DNA from: Rubripirellula sp.
GTDB lineage: Bacteria > Planctomycetota > Planctomycetia > Pirellulales > Pirellulaceae
DNA length: 64,000 nucleotides
Reading direction: 5' to 3'
Assembly: GCA_965216875.1 (NCBI GenBank)
Contig: OZ244207.1
Coordinates: forward strand, 2,176,001 to 2,240,000
Below the pieces are notes generated by a model. That model was not told where the DNA came from, did not search any database, and saw only the letters and a program-made list of their open reading frames with translations. This document shows, piece by piece, positions 49,053 through 58,286 of this stretch. The translations under genes were made by a program, and so were the position numbers. Within the stretch, counting starts at the first letter, position 1. Each line of letters starts with the position of its first letter.

Positions 49053-50714
49053 ATGGCAAATCGCCGTCGAAAACGCAAGTCCAGCGAATCGAAATCGGCA
49101 TCCGATGACGCGAGCTTGCCGAACGAGCAGGAAGGCTCGATCCAAGGGAACGAAGGGGAACGGCAGGATGAGGGCAGGGGATCCAAGCGGCGCAAACGCG
49201 ATCGCGCGGAAAAACACAATCCGCGATTGCAAGATGATAAGCCAAAGGAGCCGCTGTTCCCACGGCTCCCCTCGCTCTCGCGAGTGATGTCGGTCGTGAT
49301 GTTGATGATCGGGATTCTTGCGATCGGAGCCCTCTTCTATAAAGTCATGGCGGGCTTCTTCGTGCCATTGTTCCTGGCCACATTGTTGGTTGTCATTTTC
49401 CGACCCGTCCACCTCTGGATCTACGAAAAGGTGGGCCAGCGGCCTCGGGTTGCAGCGCTAACGACAACCACGTTAATCCTCATGATCGTGCTGTTGCCGA
49501 TCGGAGCTGTCCTTTCCGTGGCGACGACACAGTTCACCGCTTTGGTGAGCCACACGAACCTTTCAGACCTCAACAGAGCGATTGACCGAGCTCGAGACCA
49601 GCTTTCGATCTCGTTGCCGCACGCGGCGCAGTTCCGCCGTCTGGATGCCCTCAGCAATGCGATGGACGCCCCCGAGCAACCGGAACTCGTCCTGCAAAAT
49701 ATCCACGAAGCCGAAAAACTCGTCGCCTTTTTGCAAGAGCGAGTCGAAGGCCCAGCGATCGCCGAAGAACATGCCGAGATCGCCCTGCAACGACTAGGCG
49801 AATTTGACGAGGTCGTCTCGCAGCGAATTGCACACAACGAGTCGGACGACATGATCGAGAAGATCAACGCTCAAGAACGTTTCCACAGCCAAAGCGTCGT
49901 CGCGTCGGCCGCGATTCGACGCTGGATGCGGACGCTCTTGGGTGGCACGGTACGTAGCCAAGCCAAGTTGATCGCGAATCCAAGTGAAGCCGACTTTGCT
50001 GCTCTGCTGAAAAAGGGCCGCGAAGCGCTCCAACCTCGTTTCGTTGCCTTCACCAGCGCCACTGGCATGTATGTCGCCGGAGGTCTGGCGGGTCTGTTGA
50101 TTCTTGTCGTGGCCGTTTACTTCTTTCTGCTGGACGGCCCCAGCATGATCCGAACGCTAATGCGTCTAAGCCCCATGGATGACAACTACGAACGGCGGCT
50201 GTTGATGGAGTTTGATCGTACAAGTCGTGCCGTTGTGCTTGCGAGTGTGATCAGCGCTCTGGTGCAAGGCGTGCTCGCGGCGATCGCGTTCTGGTTCTTT
50301 GGTTTCCACAGCGTCATCTTGCTGTTTCTCCTCACCTCCATCATGGCACTCGTCCCCTTCCTCGGTGCCGCATCGGTCTGGGTACCGTGCGCACTCTGGC
50401 TCGGCGCCGTTGAACAACGCTGGACCGCAGCAATCATTTTGGCGATCTATGGCGCGACGATCGTTTCCTCGATCGATAACTTCATCAAAATGTACGTGTT
50501 GCACGGTCGATCGACGTTACATCCCCTGTTCGCGCTGCTAAGCGTTTTTGGTGGCGTCAAGGTCTTTGGTCCCATCGGAGTGTTGGTCGGCCCGATGGTC
50601 GTTGTCTTTCTGCAAACGCTGCTCGAGATTTTGAATCACGAGTTGATTTCGACCGATACCGACCGCGCTCAGGCCGAAAAGGCCGCCGAAGAAGCGGCCC
50701 AAGTCGAAACGTAG
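49053..50714 (+). CDS. AI-2E family transporter with a large soluble insertion
   Basis: YFFLLDG, LVPFLGAA.VWVP, IDNFIK, LHPL..LLSVFGG..VFGPIG.LVGP. Confidence 0.9.
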   Translation: MANRRRKRKSSESKSASDDASLPNEQEGSIQGNEGERQDEGRGSKRRKRDRAEKHNPRLQDDKPKEPLFPRLPSLSRVMSVVMLMIGILAIGALFYKVMAGFFVPLFLATLLVVIFRPVHLWIYEKVGQRPRVAALTTTTLILMIVLLPIGAVLSVATTQFTALVSHTNLSDLNRAIDRARDQLSISLPHAAQFRRLDALSNAMDAPEQPELVLQNIHEAEKLVAFLQERVEGPAIAEEHAEIALQRLGEFDEVVSQRIAHNESDDMIEKINAQERFHSQSVVASAAIRRWMRTLLGGTVRSQAKLIANPSEADFAALLKKGREALQPRFVAFTSATGMYVAGGLAGLLILVVAVYFFLLDGPSMIRTLMRLSPMDDNYERRLLMEFDRTSRAVVLASVISALVQGVLAAIAFWFFGFHSVILLFLLTSIMALVPFLGAASVWVPCALWLGAVEQRWTAAIILAIYGATIVSSIDNFIKMYVLHGRSTLHPLFALLSVFGGVKVFGPIGVLVGPMVVVFLQTLLEILNHELISTDTDRAQAEKAAEEAAQVET

Positions 50715-50732
50715 CTTCCGGGCTTCAACATT

Positions 50733-50794
50733 GTCGCCCTTTGCTCCGCAAAAGTTGTGTTCCTGGGCGCTACTTTCGCGGAGCGAAAGGCGAC
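50733..50794. repeat. REP-like family E inverted pair (GTCGCCTTTCGCTCCGCGAAAG)
   Basis: Other arms at 61298-61324 and 63141-63167. Confidence 0.82.
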
Positions 50795-50896
50795 ATTAAG
50801 CAATCGAATTTCGATGCGTCCTTGCACGTGCCTTGGGGGAATGTCACGATTCATGGCCTCTATTCACTTCGATTCTTTACTGGGCAGGGATGAACC

Positions 50897-52417
50897 ATGG
50901 CAGTCGACCAAACACTTTTTGACGCAACATGCCAACATGCTCGCCAAGCCATGTTGCTCCACTCCGCCGCCGACACGCTCGAATGGGACGAGCGTACCGG
51001 GATGCCCATTGCCGCGGGTGATTATCGCGCCGAACAGGTTTCAATCCTTCGCGCTCAAACGCACAAACTGCGTACCGAGGCCAAATTTGGCGAGCATCTC
51101 GCTCAACTGTCCGAACAAATTGGCGACGAGGACCCGAGTGAAGATGTGGCCAGCACCGTTCGCGAGCTAAGACGCGATTTCGAGCGAAACTCGAAACTCC
51201 CAACGGAACTGGTTGAACGGATCTCGAAAGCAACAGTCGTGGGGCAACAGACTTGGGACGCAGCGCGCCAGGCCGACGATTTCTCTCAATTTCGTGACTG
51301 CCTCGCTCAGATCATCGAACTCAAACGCGAAGAGGGCGAGCGACTTGCCGAGGGGACTGAGCTTTCCACCTACGATGCCCTGCTTGATGAATATGAACCT
51401 GGCGCGCGTGCGGATGAACTGCAAGTCGTGTTCGATGACTTGCGTAAGCCGCTGGTCGATTTGATCAATCGCATCGCTGAGTCTCCGGTCGAAATCGACA
51501 CGTCCCTTTTGACCAAGGTCTTTGGCATCGATGAACAACGCGACTTCAGCCACCAGGTTGCCGATGCCATCGGTTTTGATTTTGAACGAGGCCGCCTCGA
51601 CGAAACATCCCATCCTTTCTGTACGACGCTTGGGCCGGACGATTGCCGCATCCTGACGCGGTTCGATCCCCATTGGTTGCCAGCAGGATTGTTCGGAACG
51701 ATGCACGAAGCTGGACACGGGATGTACGAACAGGGGTTGCGTCGCGAATGGTTCGGCTTGCCACCGGGAAGCTTCGCATCACTCGGTGTCCACGAATCTC
51801 AATCGCGACTCTGGGAGAACCAGGTTGGCCGAAGCAAGCCATTCTGGGATTGGCTTTTCCTCGACGCCCAACACCAATTCGCACCGCAATTGCAAGGTGT
51901 GACGCCGGAGACTTTCTACGCGGCGGTGAATTCCGTCACACCGAGTTTGATTCGCGTCGAAGCGGACGAGGCGACTTACAACTTGCACATCATCATTCGT
52001 TTCGATTTGGAACAACAACTGATCTCAGGGAGCCTCGGTGTTGATGAGTTGCCGGATGCCTGGCACGCGCGCTACGAAAGCGACCTCGGCGTGCGAGCCC
52101 CTTCGGATGCAGACGGCGTTCTTCAGGATGTGCACTGGAGCGCTGGCCTGTTCGGCTACTTCCCGACCTACACGCTCGGAAACCTGATCGGCGCCCAGCT
52201 CTTTGATGCTGCGTCCGAACGCATTGGAGACCTCGAGACACTGATCGGGCAAGGTGAGTTCAGACCATTGCTCGATTGGCTTCGCACTCATGTGCATTAC
52301 TACGGCCAGAACTTGGGAACGAAGGGACTTGTCGAGCACGCCACCGGGAAACCGCTGTCCGCCGATCATTTGATCAATTACCTCAAGGCAAAACTCGAAC
52401 CGCTCTACAAGCTGTAG
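50897..52417 (+). CDS. Carboxypeptidase M32 (Taq-like)
   Basis: HPF, HEAGH, HESQS, IRVEADE, LQDVHW, YFPTYTLG. Confidence 0.96.
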   Translation: MAVDQTLFDATCQHARQAMLLHSAADTLEWDERTGMPIAAGDYRAEQVSILRAQTHKLRTEAKFGEHLAQLSEQIGDEDPSEDVASTVRELRRDFERNSKLPTELVERISKATVVGQQTWDAARQADDFSQFRDCLAQIIELKREEGERLAEGTELSTYDALLDEYEPGARADELQVVFDDLRKPLVDLINRIAESPVEIDTSLLTKVFGIDEQRDFSHQVADAIGFDFERGRLDETSHPFCTTLGPDDCRILTRFDPHWLPAGLFGTMHEAGHGMYEQGLRREWFGLPPGSFASLGVHESQSRLWENQVGRSKPFWDWLFLDAQHQFAPQLQGVTPETFYAAVNSVTPSLIRVEADEATYNLHIIIRFDLEQQLISGSLGVDELPDAWHARYESDLGVRAPSDADGVLQDVHWSAGLFGYFPTYTLGNLIGAQLFDAASERIGDLETLIGQGEFRPLLDWLRTHVHYYGQNLGTKGLVEHATGKPLSADHLINYLKAKLEPLYKL

Positions 52418-52454
52418 AGGTATTCCGTGAGCTATGATGGGGCAGGGCCGCTCG

Positions 52455-52529
52455 ACGCTCGCCAGAGCTTGGGGGTTTCAAAAAAACGCCCAGCCGATTC
52501 GGACCCACCTTCTGGCGAAAGGTAACTAC
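52455..52529. repeat. Degenerate REP family A copy
   Basis: ACGCTCGCCAGAGC...CCACCTTCTGGCGAAAGGTAACTAC. Confidence 0.75.
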
Positions 52530-52850
52530 CGATTGCCGCTGAATTGGGAACGCTTGGCCGCCTTGGTTCCCCCCAATTGATGCCCGATTCACATCAGCGA
52601 ATCGATCCCCTGGCCGATTCCTTGTGTGCTCAAACACTGGGCCGATTCCGGTTACAATCTGGGCAGTTCCGGAAATCGGCTGCAATCCCGTTTCATTGCT
52701 GTCGAGCCCGTCGAACCAAGCCTAATGGACGCGTATCCAACCGATATTCGGTTGTGCCCCAGCGCCAAGCCGAATTGAAAGCCACCTGGTGAGCCCATCG
52801 TGAGTGGCCGTGGGACGCGGTTTAGGACGACTTATCTTCGAAGGACTGCC

Positions 52851-54848
52851 ATGATTGTTGCCAATTGCCCGCGATGCGATGAATCGTTTCGACTCCCCTC
52901 AGGGCAGTTGCCGGACGACGCGTTTGCACACTGCCCCTGGTGCCGCGAGTCGTTTCCGCTCTCGGATGTCATCAGCCGCTTGCCACCGATCTTGGAGATC
53001 ACCGGTGCCGACGGCCAACCGCTTGCGCTTCAGCCGGAGGCCGAATTGGTGGCTACCGGTGCGGCCGTGAGCACGACAGCAGATACCGTAGTGTCGCCTT
53101 TGCCGGCCGACACCGAAGACATCTCGGGGTTATCGATTGACGAAGAAATCGATCCGTCATCAATCAAGACGGTCACCGACGAGACCATTCATGAGTCTTG
53201 GAACGAGACCGCATCAACCACTGGAAATGACGCCGCTGACTTTGACGTCGAAGATCCCAACGACACTTGGGAACCGAACACATCGCAAAATGCTGCACCC
53301 GACGCGGCCGCTGATCCCATCGCGCCGATGCACGTCACGCCAGCACCAACGCCGCAGCTGAGAAACAAAAAGAAGGGCTCGAGCTTTCGCACCTTACTCA
53401 GCATTGTGCTGGGCGGTTTGGCGGCAGGTCCGCTTGCCGTTGCCTTGCTTTACATCCTCACACTCTTTGGAGTGCACGTCGATCTCGGTTTCTGGCCGCT
53501 CGACGGAAGCAACACCAGCAGCACGGGTCAACAACGCGCCGCGGCGACTCCGGTCGACCTTGCCAACCGACAACCACTCGCCCCGCCACCTGCGCCTTCT
53601 CCAGGGCGGTCCCTTACCGAAGGGACGGACTTCGACGCGCAGGATGATACCGCCGAGGCAGCGGAAACCGCAGCACTCAATGCGATCCTTCAAGGCGGAT
53701 CGACGGAGCAAGTCGATGGGGCAGCAGACCTCACCGAGAATGAAACGGAAGATCAAAACCTCCTTGCCTCCGACCCGATTGACGACGCGTCCCAACCCGA
53801 CCTCGTACCGCCACTTAATGACGATGACGCGCAAATCACAGCAGCAGCGGCCCCCAAAGAAGACCCGTTGCAAGCCGGTGATGTGATCGATGACCTGTTG
53901 AATGAAGAACCCGTCATCGAGATGCCCGAGAATCTTGTCGACGATGCTTCGGAAGCTAGTCCAAAGATCGCGATCCCCGAAAGCAGTGAAATTCATTCTC
54001 TGGCGAGTAACCCTCAGCCGCTTTCGGATGACAAACCAACACCCGATGTTGCTGAAGACGATCCCGAGTTGATCCTCCCGACCAACCCCAAAACGGTCGA
54101 CTTGCTCAACCCTGAAGTTGCGACCGAACCACCGACCAAGCTCGAACTGCCTGAAACGGGAAACATTGAAGTCGTTGACATCGGAAGCGACACCACTGAA
54201 GTCGCTCAGCCGGAAATCGACGCTTCGGAGGGGACCGAATCGACCGAGCCAGCAAAAGACATTGAAATGCCATTGGTCGAGGACGCCGCGCAACCCAGCC
54301 TTGACCCCGAACCGTTACCCAACGAGGCAGCCGAGGTCGTCTCGAAGGTCGACGCGCCGATCGAAAACGGCTTGCGGATGGAGACGGAACCGGCCGAACC
54401 GGAACCCATCAAAGAAGCTCCTGAGTTGATTGCGGCAACCAAAACCGCCATCGAAAAACTCGATGCAATGTCGTCCTATGATCGCTCGGATACGGCCCAA
54501 CAAGGACAACTCGCACGAACCTACCTCGCGGTGGCCGAGGCCGCTGCGGAAGTCGAGGGCAACAGCAAGTCGGCTCGACAGCTTCTAGACAAGCTGAAAA
54601 CATCACCGCTGCTACCGCATTTGACCAACGCAGTACCAAGCTGGCTGAACTATTCGAGCCGACCGACCGACGGTGTCCTCGCGATCGGAGATGTGCAGGA
54701 AGGGAAGATGGTGGTTGCCGACGGTACTTCGATCGCCGTCTCAGGCGCAGAACTTCCTCCAGGCGACAAACTCATTGCGCTCGGCCGGATTGTGGAATCG
54801 GGCGACCAGAAGACGATCGAAATCGCGGTCGCAGACGTGGTCGAGTAA
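52851..54848 (+). CDS. Zinc-ribbon membrane protein with long acidic Pro-rich region
   Basis: N-terminal CPRC...CPWC, single TM after KKKG, Asp/Glu/Pro-rich; AAGGA RBS. Confidence 0.82.
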   Translation: MIVANCPRCDESFRLPSGQLPDDAFAHCPWCRESFPLSDVISRLPPILEITGADGQPLALQPEAELVATGAAVSTTADTVVSPLPADTEDISGLSIDEEIDPSSIKTVTDETIHESWNETASTTGNDAADFDVEDPNDTWEPNTSQNAAPDAAADPIAPMHVTPAPTPQLRNKKKGSSFRTLLSIVLGGLAAGPLAVALLYILTLFGVHVDLGFWPLDGSNTSSTGQQRAAATPVDLANRQPLAPPPAPSPGRSLTEGTDFDAQDDTAEAAETAALNAILQGGSTEQVDGAADLTENETEDQNLLASDPIDDASQPDLVPPLNDDDAQITAAAAPKEDPLQAGDVIDDLLNEEPVIEMPENLVDDASEASPKIAIPESSEIHSLASNPQPLSDDKPTPDVAEDDPELILPTNPKTVDLLNPEVATEPPTKLELPETGNIEVVDIGSDTTEVAQPEIDASEGTESTEPAKDIEMPLVEDAAQPSLDPEPLPNEAAEVVSKVDAPIENGLRMETEPAEPEPIKEAPELIAATKTAIEKLDAMSSYDRSDTAQQGQLARTYLAVAEAAAEVEGNSKSARQLLDKLKTSPLLPHLTNAVPSWLNYSSRPTDGVLAIGDVQEGKMVVADGTSIAVSGAELPPGDKLIALGRIVESGDQKTIEIAVADVVE

Positions 54849-54896
54849 ACGTCTAAACTCTGCCGCGTTGACGAGCATGAACCGAATGGGTGCAAG

Positions 54897-55652
54897 ATGA
54901 AGCAGCTCTTGGGGCTATTGTGTGTCCTTTCGGTCTCTTCGGCGGTTGAAGCACAACAGACGGCATCGCTGTCGATGCGTTTTCTTTTGGACAACGCCCC
55001 ACCGCCGACCGAAGCCATCGACGGCTCTCCCGACTTCTCACCCGAACGTATCGCAATTCCTGACGAACGTTTGATTGTGGATGCGGAGACAAAGGCAATC
55101 GGAAATGTGATTGTCTATCTCGAAGCACGAAACAAGGGGGACAAGCCCAAACAATCACCCTATCAGCCGCAGACGCACACGATCACCACTGCCGAGGGAC
55201 GGTTCGCTCCACGAGTCTCCATCGTTCGCGCGGGTGACACGCTCGAGTTTGCTTCCGGTGACGCTGTCCAATACGCGCCTGCAGTCGCACTCTTTCGATC
55301 ACCGCCTCAAGGTACAGCCTTGCCACCGAATCGGATCGTGATCTCTCAACCCGAACCGGCCCCCGTTCCGATCACGTGTCACATTCACAAATGGATGCGG
55401 GCCTACGTCCTCGTGCTCGATCATTCATTTGCACAATCGTCCGACCTTGACGGTCGTATTGAGATCGCTGGCTTGCCTGCGATGACCACGGTGTCGATGC
55501 GAGTCTTTCACGAGCAACTGGAATTTGACAAAGTCATGATCGGCGGAAAGGAAACGCGGTGGCAAAGGGGCCGCTTCGATTTGCATCTCGAGCCCGGAGA
55601 AAACGCGTTGGGCGACATCATCGTTCCACTCGCGTCGGCAGCACACCAATAG
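54897..55652 (+). CDS. Secreted cupredoxin-like protein
   Basis: Signal peptide, RFAPRVSIVRAGDTL, CHIHKWM (CxxHxxM). Confidence 0.7.
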   Translation: MKQLLGLLCVLSVSSAVEAQQTASLSMRFLLDNAPPPTEAIDGSPDFSPERIAIPDERLIVDAETKAIGNVIVYLEARNKGDKPKQSPYQPQTHTITTAEGRFAPRVSIVRAGDTLEFASGDAVQYAPAVALFRSPPQGTALPPNRIVISQPEPAPVPITCHIHKWMRAYVLVLDHSFAQSSDLDGRIEIAGLPAMTTVSMRVFHEQLEFDKVMIGGKETRWQRGRFDLHLEPGENALGDIIVPLASAAHQ

Positions 55653-55739
55653 AACGTCTGTACCGAGTTACGCATGAGAAAATCAGCGAGCAAACCGCTC
55701 GTGCTAAAATGAAGACTCACCTTCGCACAATCCGAGGGC

Positions 55740-56261
55740 ATGATGGTTGCGACCCAAACACTTGATCCGCTAGTCGCCATTAAGCACGAATCGGATTGCG
55801 ACGTCCACTCGGTGGTGGAATTCCTAATTCTCCATTCACTCCATCATGGTGCTAATCGTCTGGAATTCCGAACGATCGAAGGTGAATTTCGTGTTGCACA
55901 ACTGTTCGACGAAGGAGTTTCCGAATGGCCGGAGCCAACAGAAGACCTGCGACAGCGAATCATTGACTCGCTACGAGCGTTCTTTTCAATGAATGAGGGA
56001 CAAAGGGAACGTGAGCAAGTCCTACGTGTCGGCGAGTCAACTGGCCCGGTCGCATGCCGAATCACAAAGGACGATTCAGACGCGATCCTTGAGTTCACCG
56101 AACCGCTTCAGCCTGCAATCGACTTGCAACCTGTTCTTGCTGAATACTGGCGTGCAAGAGCTGCAAAGCAAGGGAGACTCTCGTTGATCCGACACCATAT
56201 GCAACACATGTGGTGGGATATCGAAGATTGGTTCAAGAGCGTGCTTAGTCAGAAGCGTTGA
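55740..56261 (+). CDS. Hypothetical protein weakly resembling the N-terminal domain of GspE/PilB ATPases, without an ATPase domain
   Basis: VVEFLILHSLHHGANRLEF...EWPEP..LRQRIIDSLR pattern; no Walker motifs. Confidence 0.55.
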   Translation: MMVATQTLDPLVAIKHESDCDVHSVVEFLILHSLHHGANRLEFRTIEGEFRVAQLFDEGVSEWPEPTEDLRQRIIDSLRAFFSMNEGQREREQVLRVGESTGPVACRITKDDSDAILEFTEPLQPAIDLQPVLAEYWRARAAKQGRLSLIRHHMQHMWWDIEDWFKSVLSQKR

Positions 56262-56333
56262 TCAAGCGGCACCTCAGAACGTAGAACGCGATTCCGGCCG
56301 AGCACCCCGTATCCACACCATGATGCTCATCAC

Positions 56334-57014
56334 ATGAAGTACGGATTCGCATTTACACTTCTGGCCGCTTTGCTGGCGATCTATGCGGCACGCCAAGGAG
56401 ATTGGTTCTGGCTTCTCCTGTGGCCCTCCTTTTCGTTCGCGTTGGTGGGTGCAGCCTATCTTGGATTTGGCACGACGATCTTCGGCAAGCAACCAACCGG
56501 CTTGCTCTCACCAACACGCACGCTCATGCTCGCTCCGTTCCACGTTTACGTGATCCTTGTGTGGCATGCCGTGCGCCACCTTTCGCGTGAACCGGCTTGG
56601 AACCGACTCACCGAATCGCTTTACATTGGCCGACGCCTCCTTTCAAACGAGCGCGCCGAAGAATTCGACCACATCGTCGACTTGACGTGCGAATTCAACG
56701 AACCCGCCGCCATGCGCGAATCGGGGTACATCAGCTTCCCGACGCTAGACGGTCACACTCCTTCGAGAGAAGAACTGCTGAGGCGCGTCTCTCTCGTCGC
56801 TGATCTCGAAGGCACTGTCTACATTCACTGTGCTCAAGGGCACGGACGAACTGCAACATTGGCCGTTGCGTACTTGTTGCACGAAAAGAACGCCAGCTCA
56901 GTTGATGACGCGGTTGACTTTCTACTTCAGAGGCGACCGGCAGCTCACCTGAACCGAGCGCAACGAAAACTGCTCGACGATGTCTATGGTGCAATCGAAG
57001 ACTCGGACGTTTAG
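56334..57014 (+). CDS. Membrane-anchored dual-specificity protein phosphatase (YnbD C-terminal-like)
   Basis: N-terminal TMs, IVDLTCEF, FPTLD, catalytic HCAQGHGR (CX5R). Confidence 0.9.
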   Translation: MKYGFAFTLLAALLAIYAARQGDWFWLLLWPSFSFALVGAAYLGFGTTIFGKQPTGLLSPTRTLMLAPFHVYVILVWHAVRHLSREPAWNRLTESLYIGRRLLSNERAEEFDHIVDLTCEFNEPAAMRESGYISFPTLDGHTPSREELLRRVSLVADLEGTVYIHCAQGHGRTATLAVAYLLHEKNASSVDDAVDFLLQRRPAAHLNRAQRKLLDDVYGAIEDSDV

Positions 57015-57040
57015 CGTCATGCACAGCATGACCTACTGCT

Positions 57041-58207
57041 TTACTGAACGTTCCACGTTTGCGTTAGTTCGCGATCTTCGATGCTGCCTGAACCGCGGAG
57101 CCAATAGAGCGGAATCTGACAGAACGCCGTTTCATACTCGCCGAAGAAGATCGTGTCCAACTTGACCTGCGTGTCGATGTGAAGCGTGATGAAGTTGCCA
57201 GGGTCATTGCCGAAGTACTGCAACCTTTGCTCTGTCCGGTCGTGAAGAATTGCCGAGGACACATCGACGGGGACCCAACCAACGCCCTGGGCGTAGAATT
57301 CGGCGATCACGTGGTACTTGTGATAGGGTTGTCCGTCGACCGTTTCGTTCTCTTGCGCTGACTCAGCCCAGCGTCCCACCAACGTCCGCGCGGGAATCCC
57401 CTCGCTTCGCATCGCGGTCACAAAGAGTGTCGAGAGCCCACCGCAATCGGTGCGGTTGGTTTTGATCAACTCGGTCGCACTGCGATTCTGGCCTGGCACG
57501 TAATGGTATCCGTAGGTCGTCACGAGCGTTCCAAACACCCGTTGGCCAAACTTGATTTCACCTTCCCGTTTCTGACGAGTCAGATCGGACTTCGATTTCC
57601 ACTGCTGAAATCCTGGCTCGGTGTAGTCGGTATCGACTGCTGGACGCAGGTACAGTTGCTTGTCCTCCTCTTTTAAAGGAGCTGCAGCCGCCTTGCCGCG
57701 TGCATTGCGGCCGAAAGCGAGCTTTCGGTTGTAGATTTGAAATGCATAGTTGCACTGAAACTTGCCAACGTGCGCGTCGTCGGACCAGCGCAATTCGACG
57801 CGACTGCGTTGGATCTCTCGCCGCATCTCGGTGAGGTCCACGATCGTGTCTGAATTGGGCACCGTTTCGGTCAATAGAACGTCTTGCCCATCCGTCTGCG
57901 GCGGTTTGGGCATAGCAAACACCCATGCCTTGGTCTCAAACGACGGTACGTTGACCATGATCCCAAGTTGGGCGAGCGTCTTCTTATGCTTGCTCCGCTT
58001 TATGCCAAATCCCCGATTGAGATTGGCGGGGACCCTCGGCAATGCCCTGATCGCCGCGATTTGATGGTCGGTCAGTCGCCGTGCCGATTGCAGATCTTGC
58101 GCATTCGTTCGGTTACCGGACGGCGCACAGAATGCTGATCCGAAAACCAGCATTAGGGTTGCGAGAATCACTCTCTGACAACCGATCAATCTGAAAGCGG
58201 GGCGCAT
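57041..58207 (-). CDS. Secreted transglutaminase-like domain protein
   Basis: DCGGLS, GIPAR, HVIAEFY, GWVPVD triad motifs. Start uncertain. Confidence 0.88.
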   Translation of the reverse strand: MRPAFRLIGCQRVILATLMLVFGSAFCAPSGNRTNAQDLQSARRLTDHQIAAIRALPRVPANLNRGFGIKRSKHKKTLAQLGIMVNVPSFETKAWVFAMPKPPQTDGQDVLLTETVPNSDTIVDLTEMRREIQRSRVELRWSDDAHVGKFQCNYAFQIYNRKLAFGRNARGKAAAAPLKEEDKQLYLRPAVDTDYTEPGFQQWKSKSDLTRQKREGEIKFGQRVFGTLVTTYGYHYVPGQNRSATELIKTNRTDCGGLSTLFVTAMRSEGIPARTLVGRWAESAQENETVDGQPYHKYHVIAEFYAQGVGWVPVDVSSAILHDRTEQRLQYFGNDPGNFITLHIDTQVKLDTIFFGEYETAFCQIPLYWLRGSGSIEDRELTQTWNVQ

Positions 58208-58286
58208 CGTCGATGGACCTGGAGGTTGGGAATCGTCTATCTTTTCCAATCAGCCAGCATTTTACTTGACCAGATCAATGCGCAGG

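Noticed and set aside
52530..52760. Recurrent CCGATT hexamers upstream of the zinc-ribbon gene
   Set aside because: Irregular spacing and no convincing -35 partner; could be chance.
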